Below are positions 25,558 to 35,225 of a stretch of 64,000 nucleotides of DNA, one piece after another. Source of the stretch: Candidatus Roizmanbacteria bacterium (lineage in GTDB: Bacteria > Patescibacteriota > Microgenomatia > UBA1406). The notes under the pieces were generated by a model that made no database searches, was not told the origin of the DNA, and saw nothing but the letters and a program-made list of their open reading frames with translations. Location: assembly GCA_024654535.1 (NCBI GenBank), contig JANLHL010000016.1, positions 224,626-288,625 of the forward strand. Reading direction: 5' to 3'. Position 1 is the first letter of the stretch. Every line of letters begins with the position of its first letter. Both the position numbers and the translations under genes were made by a program.

Positions 25558-26229
25558 TCATTTTACGGCAAAAACCTGTACCCTACCCCCAACTTCAGCA
25601 AAGCCAGTAGTAGATGATTTTGCATAAATTATTGACCCTTTACCATGGTGAATGATCAAGTTTTTTCCTAAATGCGCAGCCAGCTTCATTGAGCCAGACC
25701 CATTAGCTTCATCTTCCGGAATGCCCCAATCGTTCGCAAAGGTTCGCGCATGGATTGTACCTTCGTTTTTATCTATCCAAGACCATACCATAGTATGCTT
25801 TTTTAGCAACGCTTGTTCACGTGAAATTGTGTCGACTAATGTAGAGTTGGCAAGCTCTTCATAATTCCATGGCGGAAGTATAGATAAATCCCCCCTTACC
25901 CATGTTAGCTCGCTTTCTGATTTCACTACTATAATATTATTCATACTGACCATATGAGTTACTGGTAGCACGTATTCTTTGTGTAAAAAATGTGCCACCC
26001 CTACCAATGCATGACCGGCAAATGGTATCTGCCTCTTCGGAGAGAAAATGCTTATATTTCGCGCTTTTATATTGTTAATAAATACTACTTCACTAAATCC
26101 ACTTTCCGATGCCATCCGTTGGCGCTCATCATTATTAAATACCCGAGTTTCATCAACAATTATTCCTACAGGATTACCATAACCACCAGATTCATTGGTA
26201 AAAACGTGCGCTATTTTCATGCTACTCAT
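25558..26229 (-). CDS. PhzF-family isomerase-like protein
   Basis: HVFTNESGGYGNPVGIIVDE and FSEVVFI are typical of PhzF/YddE. The protein is shorter than usual (223 aa). Confidence 0.55.
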   Translation of the reverse strand: MSSMKIAHVFTNESGGYGNPVGIIVDETRVFNNDERQRMASESGFSEVVFINNIKARNISIFSPKRQIPFAGHALVGVAHFLHKEYVLPVTHMVSMNNIIVVKSESELTWVRGDLSILPPWNYEELANSTLVDTISREQALLKKHTMVWSWIDKNEGTIHARTFANDWGIPEDEANGSGSMKLAAHLGKNLIIHHGKGSIIYAKSSTTGFAEVGGRVQVFAVK

Positions 26230-26335
26230 ATCTCTATGGTAACAATATTTAGCTTAATGTTCACGATTGCCAAAAAAATTGTAGAATCGTACTAGACTAA
26301 CAAAATTCCAATGTGTAGTAATTTATACAAATAAT

Positions 26336-26815
26336 ATGAATACACAGCTACGCAAACTATATGAAGACGATATTGCTGACAGAAATAGTAAAATAGCAGA
26401 CGAAATATTGAACGAAAACGATAGGCAAAGAATCGTTCAAGTAGAGAATATTCTCAGCCACGAGCACGATTTATCGGCTCTAGACTATCATCATGCCGCT
26501 CTCATTTTCCAACATGGCGAAAAACTTGCGCATTACAAACAAGCTCACATACTTGCTATAAAAGCTGTTGAATTAGGAGATGATTCTGCACGTTGGCTTG
26601 CTGCAGCATCATTAGACAGATCGCTTTTGATGGAAGGTAAAGCCCAAAAGTATGGGACTCAGTTTAAACTCAATGATCAAAACGAATGGGAGCTAGCTCA
26701 ACCGATAGACCCTAACGTTACTGACAAAGAAAGAGCAAAATGGAACGTCCCGCCCTTAAAAAATGCTCTGAAAGTGTACAGGCAAAAATATACTATTAGA
26801 GTATGCTTAAAGTAA
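26336..26815 (+). CDS. Hypothetical helical protein
   Basis: ORF only; no motif recognised. Confidence 0.4.
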   Translation: MNTQLRKLYEDDIADRNSKIADEILNENDRQRIVQVENILSHEHDLSALDYHHAALIFQHGEKLAHYKQAHILAIKAVELGDDSARWLAAASLDRSLLMEGKAQKYGTQFKLNDQNEWELAQPIDPNVTDKERAKWNVPPLKNALKVYRQKYTIRVCLK

Positions 26816-27585
26816 TTACTTTATTAGTTTTATTCTTTGTACTTATGACAACACCAACAAAAATTATTGCAAAAGAAAAAACGATCCTCTTTATTCACCA
26901 CTCAACTGGTGGCAACCTAATTAAAGAAGGTAAGCTTCGTTCAGAAATAAAAAAAATAGATCCGTCTTTACAACTTTGGGACCATAATTATAATCTCTCA
27001 CCCATCTTTACAAAACTACTTGCACACAACACACATTTGCGAGGTTTGTCAGATAATAACGGCACAGTTACAGGAAAAGATTATACTATCGTTCTGAGCA
27101 ACAATAGCCCAAAAGAATACGCTGATATTTTTTCTCGAAATCCGAAAGATCCCACACTCAAAGCCATTCTTAATTATGATGTTATTGCTTTCAAAAATTG
27201 CTATCCAACAACTAAAATCGTGTCTGATAAACAACTAGCCGAAGATAAGCGCTTCTATATATCGATAAGAAATAGCCTGAAAAAATACCCAAAAAAACAA
27301 TTTATTCTCTTTACTCCACCCCCAGTACGTAAAGAGGTAACGAATACACAAAACGCCAAGAGAGCAAAACTGTTGGTACACTGGCTACGGTCTAAAGAGT
27401 TTGCTCAAAATGTGCCAAATATTCACATATTCGACTTCTTTAGTCTACTTGCAAATAATAACGGTTTCTTAAAACAGGAATATACCCGTTTGCTTCCGTG
27501 GGACTCTCATCCAAATGTACATGCCAATAAAACAGTGGCTCCCCTATTGGCTACATATCTTTTTTCAGTAGCGAGCAGTAAATAA
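26803..27585 (+). CDS. Secreted protein, possible SGNH/GDSL-like hydrolase
   Basis: Signal peptide and a C-terminal WDSHPNVHANKTVAPLL that resembles SGNH block V (DxxH). Block I is atypical (FIHHSTGGN). Confidence 0.3.
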   Translation: MLKVITLLVLFFVLMTTPTKIIAKEKTILFIHHSTGGNLIKEGKLRSEIKKIDPSLQLWDHNYNLSPIFTKLLAHNTHLRGLSDNNGTVTGKDYTIVLSNNSPKEYADIFSRNPKDPTLKAILNYDVIAFKNCYPTTKIVSDKQLAEDKRFYISIRNSLKKYPKKQFILFTPPPVRKEVTNTQNAKRAKLLVHWLRSKEFAQNVPNIHIFDFFSLLANNNGFLKQEYTRLLPWDSHPNVHANKTVAPLLATYLFSVASSK

Positions 27586-27640
27586 TAATCTTCAAGAACC
27601 ACTCTAAACATCTGAGCGCTTTTATAGCTATAATGGATCA

Positions 27641-28288
27641 ATGGAAAAGAGAAAAAAATTGCTGAACACATTTGGCATTATTTTGCTGTTTCTTCTCCCT
27701 GCATTTCTCTTCCAGTGGGCCTATCAATCTGAAATACTCTCGGATATTGTGAAAGCAGTTCAGTCACACATAGCTCTCTACTTATTTATACTCACTCTAC
27801 TCAAAGGCTTTAGCATAGTCTATCCGCCAATGCCGGGAGTGGTTTTTACCATTGCGTCAATACCGCTTGTTGGCTGGAAACTCGCCTACAGTGCAGATAT
27901 TTTGGGTAGCTACTTTGGCGCTACCGTATCTTATTTTTTAGGAAAAAAGTACGGCTACACAATTCTTGAAAAAGTTATTGGGAGCGCGCTTGCAGATAAA
28001 ATAATTTCTATAAAATTAAAGCAAAAAAACCAAGTAGAAGCGGCTATATTTTTGCGCTTTGCAGCAGGTGGGCTTATATCAGACGGCCTTGCATGGGGAG
28101 CAAGCTTGATAGGGTTCAAATACATGTCATTTATTACAGGGTATCTCGTATCCCACATCCTTACTACTCTACCTGTCTTTTATCTCATATCTATTTCTAT
28201 ATCGTACCAGTCATGGGCTATCGGAGGTGTTGGTGTGGTTTTCGCTTGGCTGATTTTGTATAGATTTAAAGGTAGGTATTTCGAATAA
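27641..28288 (+). CDS. DedA/VTT-domain (SNARE-associated) membrane protein
   Basis: GSYFGATVSYFLGKKYGYTILEKV is the family signature. TATAAT lies 6 nt before the ATG. Confidence 0.6.
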   Translation: MEKRKKLLNTFGIILLFLLPAFLFQWAYQSEILSDIVKAVQSHIALYLFILTLLKGFSIVYPPMPGVVFTIASIPLVGWKLAYSADILGSYFGATVSYFLGKKYGYTILEKVIGSALADKIISIKLKQKNQVEAAIFLRFAAGGLISDGLAWGASLIGFKYMSFITGYLVSHILTTLPVFYLISISISYQSWAIGGVGVVFAWLILYRFKGRYFE

Positions 28289-28346
28289 AACTATTTAAAA
28301 CGCTTCGGTAAAGCCTATTATTAGCCTCATTTTGATAGATTGCAGT

Positions 28347-28742
28347 TTAATTAAACTGCACTTGAAAGTTATACATGCCCATCGAACAAAGTGCCTGTAG
28401 CGTTGATCCTTTTTTCTGAGCAGGTACTTTTATTTTTGTTTCCCCTGTTGGAGGAAGGATTGTTCGATAACCCAAACTGGGTATAGTGAGAGAAGCTGAA
28501 CAGTCAAAAGTGCCCTCTGTACTTACTAGCAAAATTGTATCTATATTTGCTTTTGCGCTGGTAATACTTGGCGAATATCCACCTTTTGCACGTATCTCTA
28601 CCACTTGTTTACCTTTTTCCATTCTCACATTATTTTTTGCTTGAGTGACGACACTCTTTTCGCTAGGATTTTTACTAACTACAGCAGCTAGTATCAAAAT
28701 AACTACACCAAAAGCGATAGCTGGTATTATAAATGTCTTCAT
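28347..28742 (-). CDS. Membrane-anchored cupredoxin-like (EfeO/Cupredoxin_1-type) protein
   Basis: N-terminal anchor and a beta-sandwich part with C...C...M residues (FDCSASLTIPSLGY...ALCSMGMYNFQVQF). Last gene of the copper operon. Confidence 0.5.
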   Translation of the reverse strand: MKTFIIPAIAFGVVILILAAVVSKNPSEKSVVTQAKNNVRMEKGKQVVEIRAKGGYSPSITSAKANIDTILLVSTEGTFDCSASLTIPSLGYRTILPPTGETKIKVPAQKKGSTLQALCSMGMYNFQVQFN

Positions 28743-29762
28743 TTAAAAATTTAAAATTGGTTTTATGATGCCTGCTGCGACAAGCGCATTTAATAAGTTG
28801 AGAATACCAAAAAATATCACTATTATTCCAGCTGTTTTAGTAAAAACACTAGACTGTGCTTTTTTATGAACTGTTAAAGAGCTGAAACTAAGTAACAGCA
28901 GTACTGGTAACGTACCCAGTGCAAAGGTTAGCATTATCCACGCCCCTGTCCAAAAGCTTCCAACACTTAGAGCGTACACTTGCATAGACTGTGTGAATCC
29001 ACACGGCAAAAAAAACGTTGCAGCACCTATCACTATTGGCATAAAGGTATGCTGGACACTTTTTAAACCATGTATTTTTTTGCCAAAAAAAAGTGGAATT
29101 GTCGGTTGCAACTTTTTCGACCAAGAGAATATATCTAGTAAATTAAGCCCTAATATGAGAAGCGTAAACGCAACAATAATGTTCAATATAAAAGTTGCTG
29201 TAATACCTAATTGAAACCTCGCTCCTAAGGCACCAATCACTCCACCAAGTAGAAAGAATGAGATGAGTCTTCCTACATGAAAAAGGAGTTGAGGCCGTAT
29301 TCGTTCCCCTCCTTTTGCATAATTTGCAGATAGTGATAAAACCAAACCACCTACCACTGCCATGCATGTAGAAACTGAAGCTATTACACCAATCAGAAAA
29401 GCCGTCGTAAAGTTAACGGTTGAAGAGGTAATCACATTTACTATTCCAAGCTTTTGTACAAGAATATACCCTCCAATAAATAACCCAGCAAATAATAATG
29501 CATAAGTGAAATCTGACCATTTAATTTCAGTTTTTTGTTTTTCAAGTGACAGTGAGTATCCGTGTGGTTTTAAAACATTGTCAAGCTCATTCATGATATC
29601 AATCACCGTTTTATTTTCAAAATCCCCTACTACCTGTATGGTGCGTTCTGTCAAAGACGCCGTTGCCTCTGATATATATGGAATATCTTTTAACTCACTC
29701 TCGGTTAATAATATACATGCATTACAATGCATTCCTTTTATATGAAACGTAAGTTTTTTCAT
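28743..29762 (-). CDS. HMA-domain + DsbD_2/TauE-like membrane protein
   Basis: N-terminal FHIKGMHCNACILLTE (MxCxxC) followed by about 7 TM helices. Abuts copA and the cupredoxin gene with 0-2 nt gaps. Confidence 0.6.
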   Translation of the reverse strand: MKKLTFHIKGMHCNACILLTESELKDIPYISEATASLTERTIQVVGDFENKTVIDIMNELDNVLKPHGYSLSLEKQKTEIKWSDFTYALLFAGLFIGGYILVQKLGIVNVITSSTVNFTTAFLIGVIASVSTCMAVVGGLVLSLSANYAKGGERIRPQLLFHVGRLISFFLLGGVIGALGARFQLGITATFILNIIVAFTLLILGLNLLDIFSWSKKLQPTIPLFFGKKIHGLKSVQHTFMPIVIGAATFFLPCGFTQSMQVYALSVGSFWTGAWIMLTFALGTLPVLLLLSFSSLTVHKKAQSSVFTKTAGIIVIFFGILNLLNALVAAGIIKPILNF

Positions 29763-29764
29763 TG

Positions 29765-32044
29765 TTATAAGTTAATAGTTTTGAGCCGTAATGAATTTGC
29801 AACAACTGAAACACTGGAGAAAGCCATGGCAAAACCCGCAAATACAGGATTTAGGAGCCATCCAAATAGTGGATAAAACAAACCAGCGGCTAGCGGAATA
29901 CCAACAATATTGTAAATAAATGCCCAAAACAAGTTCTGCTTTATACCACGCATCGTGAGCTTAGATAAGTGCACCGCCTTGACGACCTTTGAGATATCGC
30001 CATGCAAAAGCGTGATTCCTGCTGTTTCTATAGCAACGTCTGTGCCAGTCCCCATAGCTATCCCTACATCTGCCTGTGCTAAAGCAGGCGCATCATTTAT
30101 GCCATCTCCTGCCATGGCAACAACTGCTCCCATACTTTGTAGCTCTCTTACTTTTTTTAATTTATCACTCGGTAACGCATTCGCCACCACCTCTTTAATT
30201 CCTGCCTCATGCGCAATAAACTGGGCTGTATTATTATTATCTCCTGTAAGCATCACTACTTTTATACCAAGCTTATTGAGATCATAAACTGCCTTCTTTG
30301 CTTCGGGTTTAATAGTGTCCGCAACTAAAATATAACCCAAAACCTTTTTTTGATTGGCAATAATAATAGGTGTTTTTCCCAGTAAAGTATGTGCGTTTAT
30401 TTTTTTAGAATCGAACTGCAATTTTAAATCTTTTATAAGGAGACTGTTACCCACAAAATAACGAATATCTGCAACCGTACCTTTCAAACCCTTTCCTTTT
30501 ATAACCTCAAATCCCTCTACATGCGTGGTTTCGATTTTTCTCTCTTTTGCATAATGAGAAATTGCATACGCTATAGGATGCTCAGATTTGCTTTCAAGAG
30601 AAAACACGATGGATAGTAATTTTTTATCGCTCATATCTGACATGTTTTCAATATGCACAAGCTCTGGTTTACCTCTGGTAATTGTTCCTGTCTTATCAAC
30701 GACTATGACACTAGCTTTGTGCAACGTTTCTAGTGCAGAGGCGTCTTTTATTAAAATTCCTTCTGTTGCACCTTTGCCTACCCCAACAATAATCGCGGTA
30801 GGAGTAGCCAGTCCAAGCGCACAAGGACAAGCTATGACTAATACACCCACAAACGAAGTTAACCCGTAAGAAAGTGCCGTTGAAAAACCAAGGAATGATG
30901 TGCCTACCAAGAGCCATGTGCCAAGCGTAACGAACGCTAATACCAAAACTACAGGCACAAAAACGCTAGAAATAGAGTCTGCTAAGCTCTGAATTGGTGC
31001 ACGAGTACCTTGAGCTTCTTCAACCATTCTAATTATCTGTGAGAGCAGTGTCTCTGATCCAATTTTAGTTGCTTTAAAGATAAAATGACCCGTTGTATTA
31101 ATAGTACCTGCAACAACAGTGTCTTCCTTTTTTTTCTCAACAGGCATAGATTCCCCTGTTACTAAAGATTCGTCAACATAGGAAGCGCCTTCTACAACTA
31201 TTCCATCAACAGGAATGCAAGATCCAGGCTTTACCACAATCATATCGCCATGAACCAGTTCGCCTATTGCTACTTCTTTCTCAGCCCCGTTTCTGACAAC
31301 GAGTGCCGTTTTTGCTCGAAGATTGAGCAACTTACTTATAGCATCGGCTGTTTTTTCCTTTGCCTTAATCTCTAGGTATTTGCCAAGTGTAATAAAAGTT
31401 ATGACTATTATAGTGACATCGTAGTAGGTAGATCCAATAGTTATGTACTGCTTGACCACTTCTTCAAACGCCGTAACAACAAAGCTATACAGGAATGCAA
31501 CTGACGTACCAATACCTATGAGCGTATCCATATTTGCTTTTCCATATCGTAAAAATCTATATAAACCTTTCAGATAGGGCTTGCCAACAACAAAAAGCAT
31601 GTATGTGGCGAAAAGCGGTAAAAGGTGATGGAAAAACTCCATTGTTACTTTCGACTGTTCTGGAACAATATGCATACTGGCCAAAACATCCCATCCCATA
31701 ACAAATACACTAAACAGTGCAAGCGGTACTGAAATAAGTACTTTATCTCTCAAATCTGCAATGTGGCTTTTCTTATCCTTTTTCGACTGGCTCATATGGG
31801 AGTTATTATCAGAAGGCAACGCGTTCTCTTCTGGTGGAATAACGAGAGAGTAGCCAAGAGGCGCTATAACATCTGACATTTTTCTCGGACTTACTATAGA
31901 TGGGTCAAAATCTATCTTCACCTTTTCTGTCGCATAGTTCACGTCTAGTTTGTTAACACCATCAACTTTTCTTAACGTCTTTTGAATAATAGACGAACAA
32001 GAAGCACAATGCATACCGTTTACTTCAAACGTCTGTGTCTTCAT
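29765..32044 (-). CDS. copA: Copper-translocating P1B-type ATPase
   Basis: HMA motif GMHCASCS, TGESMP, CPC motif (IACPCALGLATP), DKTGT, GDGINDAP. Confidence 0.95.
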   Translation of the reverse strand: MKTQTFEVNGMHCASCSSIIQKTLRKVDGVNKLDVNYATEKVKIDFDPSIVSPRKMSDVIAPLGYSLVIPPEENALPSDNNSHMSQSKKDKKSHIADLRDKVLISVPLALFSVFVMGWDVLASMHIVPEQSKVTMEFFHHLLPLFATYMLFVVGKPYLKGLYRFLRYGKANMDTLIGIGTSVAFLYSFVVTAFEEVVKQYITIGSTYYDVTIIVITFITLGKYLEIKAKEKTADAISKLLNLRAKTALVVRNGAEKEVAIGELVHGDMIVVKPGSCIPVDGIVVEGASYVDESLVTGESMPVEKKKEDTVVAGTINTTGHFIFKATKIGSETLLSQIIRMVEEAQGTRAPIQSLADSISSVFVPVVLVLAFVTLGTWLLVGTSFLGFSTALSYGLTSFVGVLVIACPCALGLATPTAIIVGVGKGATEGILIKDASALETLHKASVIVVDKTGTITRGKPELVHIENMSDMSDKKLLSIVFSLESKSEHPIAYAISHYAKERKIETTHVEGFEVIKGKGLKGTVADIRYFVGNSLLIKDLKLQFDSKKINAHTLLGKTPIIIANQKKVLGYILVADTIKPEAKKAVYDLNKLGIKVVMLTGDNNNTAQFIAHEAGIKEVVANALPSDKLKKVRELQSMGAVVAMAGDGINDAPALAQADVGIAMGTGTDVAIETAGITLLHGDISKVVKAVHLSKLTMRGIKQNLFWAFIYNIVGIPLAAGLFYPLFGWLLNPVFAGFAMAFSSVSVVANSLRLKTINL

Positions 32045-32320
32045 CTATTTTCTTTTTAATTTGTAGACTTTAAGAATCTCTTGTTTTGCCTTATCTATTT
32101 GACCTGCATGCACCTGTTTTAAAATACAACCGCCTAAGTGATTTTCCAATAATAGGTCCTCAACATTAGAAAGTCCTTGCTTCACTGCTGATGTTTGAGT
32201 GATGACGTCTATACAATAGGTATCGTTAACAACCATATTCTCAAGCGCAGCTATCTGACCTTTTAAAATTTTAAACCTCTGTATAATTTTCTTCTTCGTT
32301 ATATCTTCCATGTATTTCAT
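32045..32320 (-). CDS. csoR: CsoR-family metal-sensing repressor
   Basis: RFKILKGQIAALENMV...YCIDVITQTSAV...ENHLGGCI fits the C-H-C ligand pattern. The start was chosen as ATG 32320, 6 nt after the -10 box. Confidence 0.8.
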   Translation of the reverse strand: MKYMEDITKKKIIQRFKILKGQIAALENMVVNDTYCIDVITQTSAVKQGLSNVEDLLLENHLGGCILKQVHAGQIDKAKQEILKVYKLKRK

Positions 32321-32326
32321 ATACAC

Positions 32327-32355
32327 ATACTATACCCCCAGGGGGGTATTGTCAA
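32327..32355 (-). promoter_or_regulatory. cop operon promoter with embedded CsoR-type operator
   Basis: Minus strand reads TTGACA-ATACCCCCCTGGGGGTA-TAGTAT. The G/C-tract pseudo-palindrome ATACCCCCC-T-GGGGGTAT (32332-32349) fills the 17-nt spacer. Confidence 0.7.
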
Positions 32356-32376
32356 TACACTATTTCAATCTCCTAT

Positions 32377-33045
32377 TTACTGGTTAGCGATAGCTTGTGA
32401 AAAAAGCTGTTTGATTAGTGCGAACGCCCTCTCTACTTGCTTCTCGGGCAACACAATAGTTATTTCCGTATACGTAGATACTACTTCGGTTATCGCAATT
32501 GTATTGAGTGCAAGTACTTTCAAAATCATATAGTACACACCGGGAGCATCAAGTATATCAACATGAAATCGTACTGTTATAGATGACAAATTACCAACTC
32601 TCATTATTACATCAGACGGCGAAAATAACTCATCTAAAATAGGCTTATTTTGTTTGGCAGTAATAATGGTTGTTTCAAAAACTCCTTGAGTAATAGTAAT
32701 AAATTCTCTGTTGTCATTGCTGCATTTTTCGAATAATTCTCCCCTCGCCTGGGCAACTTTTTTTGAATTTTTCAGTGTAAGTTCAATTAAACTTGATCGA
32801 ACAATTAAATCTGGAGATTGTGTCAATATTGAACTCAACGCAGAAGTGCGTACTTCATTTAGATCTAACCGTTTGAGTGCCATGACTATAGAACCCAACT
32901 CAACACGCTTCATCGTATTTTCTTCTACTTCGTGACGTATTTCTCGTGCATATGCAGAATGGTTTACTATTCCCCTTTTGAGAAGTTCACCTACATATGG
33001 TGACCGAATGACTATCGCCTGGACTACCTGTGGCACTGTTATCAT
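32377..33045 (-). CDS. ACT-domain protein, divergent from the lysW operon
   Basis: C-terminal ACT-like beta-alpha-beta-beta-alpha-beta region (ITVRFHVDILDAPGVYYMILKVLALNTIAITEVVSTYTEITIVL). The N-terminal domain is unknown. Confidence 0.4.
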   Translation of the reverse strand: MITVPQVVQAIVIRSPYVGELLKRGIVNHSAYAREIRHEVEENTMKRVELGSIVMALKRLDLNEVRTSALSSILTQSPDLIVRSSLIELTLKNSKKVAQARGELFEKCSNDNREFITITQGVFETTIITAKQNKPILDELFSPSDVIMRVGNLSSITVRFHVDILDAPGVYYMILKVLALNTIAITEVVSTYTEITIVLPEKQVERAFALIKQLFSQAIANQ

Positions 33046-33094
33046 GTTAAAATTTTAACATTTTATTCAGAAAAATACAATTTTACTGTTTTTT

Positions 33095-33123
33095 TTGACT
33101 TGCCTGTTCGTACCCTTTACACT
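33095..33123 (+). promoter_or_regulatory. Candidate promoter of the lysW operon
   Basis: TTGACT (33095-33100)-N17-TACACT (33118-33123), with a 28-nt leader to ATG 33152. Confidence 0.45.
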
Positions 33124-33151
33124 CCACCTATTATTAGTTCATAAAAGACAT

Positions 33152-33325
33152 ATGAACACAAAATGCCCAGTATGCGACGGAGAAGTTACCGTAGAGCCAG
33201 GTACTATTGAAAGCGAAATTATACAGTGCCCAGACTGCTCAGCACGTTTAGTAGTTGAGAAAATTGAGGGTTCACACGTGTCAGTATCTGAAGCGCCAAA
33301 AGTTGAAGAAGATTGGGGCGAGTAA
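33152..33325 (+). CDS. lysW: Amino-group carrier protein LysW/ArgW
   Basis: 57 aa: MNTKCPVCDGEV...QCPDCSARL zinc ribbon and the acidic C-terminus APKVEEDWGE (EDWGE hallmark). The track ORF's 19-codon N-terminal extension was rejected. Confidence 0.85.
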   Translation: MNTKCPVCDGEVTVEPGTIESEIIQCPDCSARLVVEKIEGSHVSVSEAPKVEEDWGE

Positions 33326-34177
33326 ATGATTACCATAGGATTACTTCACTCTACTATTCGTGGAGACGAAAAACTTATTTTAGAGGCAGCAAAAAAGAGA
33401 AATGTTACCGTTAAGCTGATAGACATACGGCGCTCAATATACTGCGAAGAAAATCCATTGAATCATATAGATGTGGCTCTCGAACGCTCTGTCTCGACGG
33501 TGAAAGGTATGTATGCAGCATATTATTATGAAAGTAAAAATATTCCAGTCGTTAATTCGACTGCTGTCGCTGCCATCTGTGAAGATAAATTTCTTACATC
33601 GTTAGCACTTATGAAGGCACGTGTTCCCACCATTCCCTTTGGAATGGCTTTTTCAGTGGTAGAGCTGGAATCTTTAATAGCGTCTATCGGTGGGTACCCC
33701 GTTGTCATAAAACCACCTGAAGGCTCATGGGGCAGACTTTTGGCAAAAATTAACGACAAGGATGCACTTGAAGCTGTCATAGAACATAAAGATGTTCTTG
33801 GAACTCCAAGCCACAAAGCGTTTTATGTACAAAAGTACATTCAGAAAAAACAAGGCCGTGACATTCGTGCATTTGTTATAGATGGACATACAATTTGTGC
33901 TATATACAGACATTCTCCACACTGGATTACCAATACTGCGCGGGGCGGTGTAGCAAGCAATTGTACTGTGGATAGCGAGCTTGCAACCATCTGCAAAAAT
34001 GCTTCGATAGCGGTTGATGGTGGAATACTTGCTATGGATGTTGTTGAAACAAAAGACGGCTACATAATAAATGAAATCAATCACACCATGGAATTTAAAA
34101 ATTCTGAGATGCCGACAAAGACAAGTATTTCAGGTTATATTGTAGATTATTGTCTACAAATAGCACAGACCCAATGA
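33326..34177 (+). CDS. lysX: LysX-type ATP-grasp ligase (RimK family; substrate--LysW ligase)
   Basis: 283 aa, starting directly after the lysW stop. ATP-grasp blocks: GYPVVIKPPEGSWGR, RAFVIDG, MDVVETKDGYIINEINHTMEF. Confidence 0.8.
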   Translation: MITIGLLHSTIRGDEKLILEAAKKRNVTVKLIDIRRSIYCEENPLNHIDVALERSVSTVKGMYAAYYYESKNIPVVNSTAVAAICEDKFLTSLALMKARVPTIPFGMAFSVVELESLIASIGGYPVVIKPPEGSWGRLLAKINDKDALEAVIEHKDVLGTPSHKAFYVQKYIQKKQGRDIRAFVIDGHTICAIYRHSPHWITNTARGGVASNCTVDSELATICKNASIAVDGGILAMDVVETKDGYIINEINHTMEFKNSEMPTKTSISGYIVDYCLQIAQTQ

Positions 34178-35223
34178 AAAAAATATCTGTCGCAATTTTA
34201 GGAGGATCTGGATACGCAGGAGGTGAGCTCATACGCTTACTTTTAAACCATCCGAACGTATCACTCGAAGCGGTAACATCACGCGCATATAAGGGAAAAT
34301 TTGTATACAGCGCTCACCCAAATTTGCGTGGACGGACACGGCTCCAATTCATAGACCCACATGAACTTTCTAAATATGATCTTCTTTTTGTGGCACTTCC
34401 CAACGGTGTTTCTATGAACACGATGAGCGACTTAATGAAGAAGGCTTCCAAGATTATTGATCTTGGTGCAGATTTTCGCTTAAACAGTGCTCAGGCATTT
34501 ACCGATTGGTATCATATGCCACACACTGCGCCAAAACTTATGAAGGAGTTTATATATGGTGTTATTGAACTCCATAGATCGGAAATTGCAAAGAGTAACT
34601 ACGTAGCTTGCGGTGGTTGCGAAGCAACCGTAAGCATACTTTCACTCTATCCACTCATCAAACATAGTCTTATCGAGACTAAAATTATTATAGATGCCAA
34701 GATGAGCAGTTCACAAGCAGGGCTTGTTCCTACGCTCTCATCGCATCATCCAGAACGCTCTGGAGTTGTGCGCTCGTACATGCCAACTGGCCACCGACAC
34801 ACGGCAGAAATAATAACAGAAATGACACCGTATACCAGCGAGCCGCTTGATGTAGCAATATCAGCAACGAGTCTCGACATGGTACGAGGTATCTTAGTTA
34901 CTATTCATACTACCCCACGCACAGGTGTTTCGGAAAAAGATATTTGGCGAGCGTATAGAGAAGAATACGAGAACGAACCATTTATCCGAATAGTAAAAGA
35001 ACGCAGTGGATTATACCGCTATCCAGAACCAAAAATTCTCGCTGGGACCAATTTTTGTGATATTGGTTTTGAGATGGATACTCGATCAAAAAGACTTGTT
35101 GTCATTGGCGCAATAGATAACCTTGTGAAAGGTACCGCAGGACAGGCAATGCAGGATATGAACTGTATGTTTGGGTTCGAAGAAACGACAGGATTAGAAT
35201 TTTTAGGGCTCCATCCTATTTAA
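34174..35223 (+). CDS. lysY: LysY/ArgC-type [carrier]-acyl-phosphate reductase
   Basis: MKKISVAILGGSGYAGGELIRLL Rossmann fold and a catalytic Cys context (YVACGGCEAT). ATGA overlap with lysX. Confidence 0.8.
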   Translation: MKKISVAILGGSGYAGGELIRLLLNHPNVSLEAVTSRAYKGKFVYSAHPNLRGRTRLQFIDPHELSKYDLLFVALPNGVSMNTMSDLMKKASKIIDLGADFRLNSAQAFTDWYHMPHTAPKLMKEFIYGVIELHRSEIAKSNYVACGGCEATVSILSLYPLIKHSLIETKIIIDAKMSSSQAGLVPTLSSHHPERSGVVRSYMPTGHRHTAEIITEMTPYTSEPLDVAISATSLDMVRGILVTIHTTPRTGVSEKDIWRAYREEYENEPFIRIVKERSGLYRYPEPKILAGTNFCDIGFEMDTRSKRLVVIGAIDNLVKGTAGQAMQDMNCMFGFEETTGLEFLGLHPI

Positions 35224-35225
35224 CA

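Noticed and set aside
33095-33151. Longer 76-aa version of the lysW ORF
   Set aside because: The extension is hydrophobic and overlaps the predicted promoter. LysW family proteins begin just before the first CxxC, as does the ATG 33152 product.
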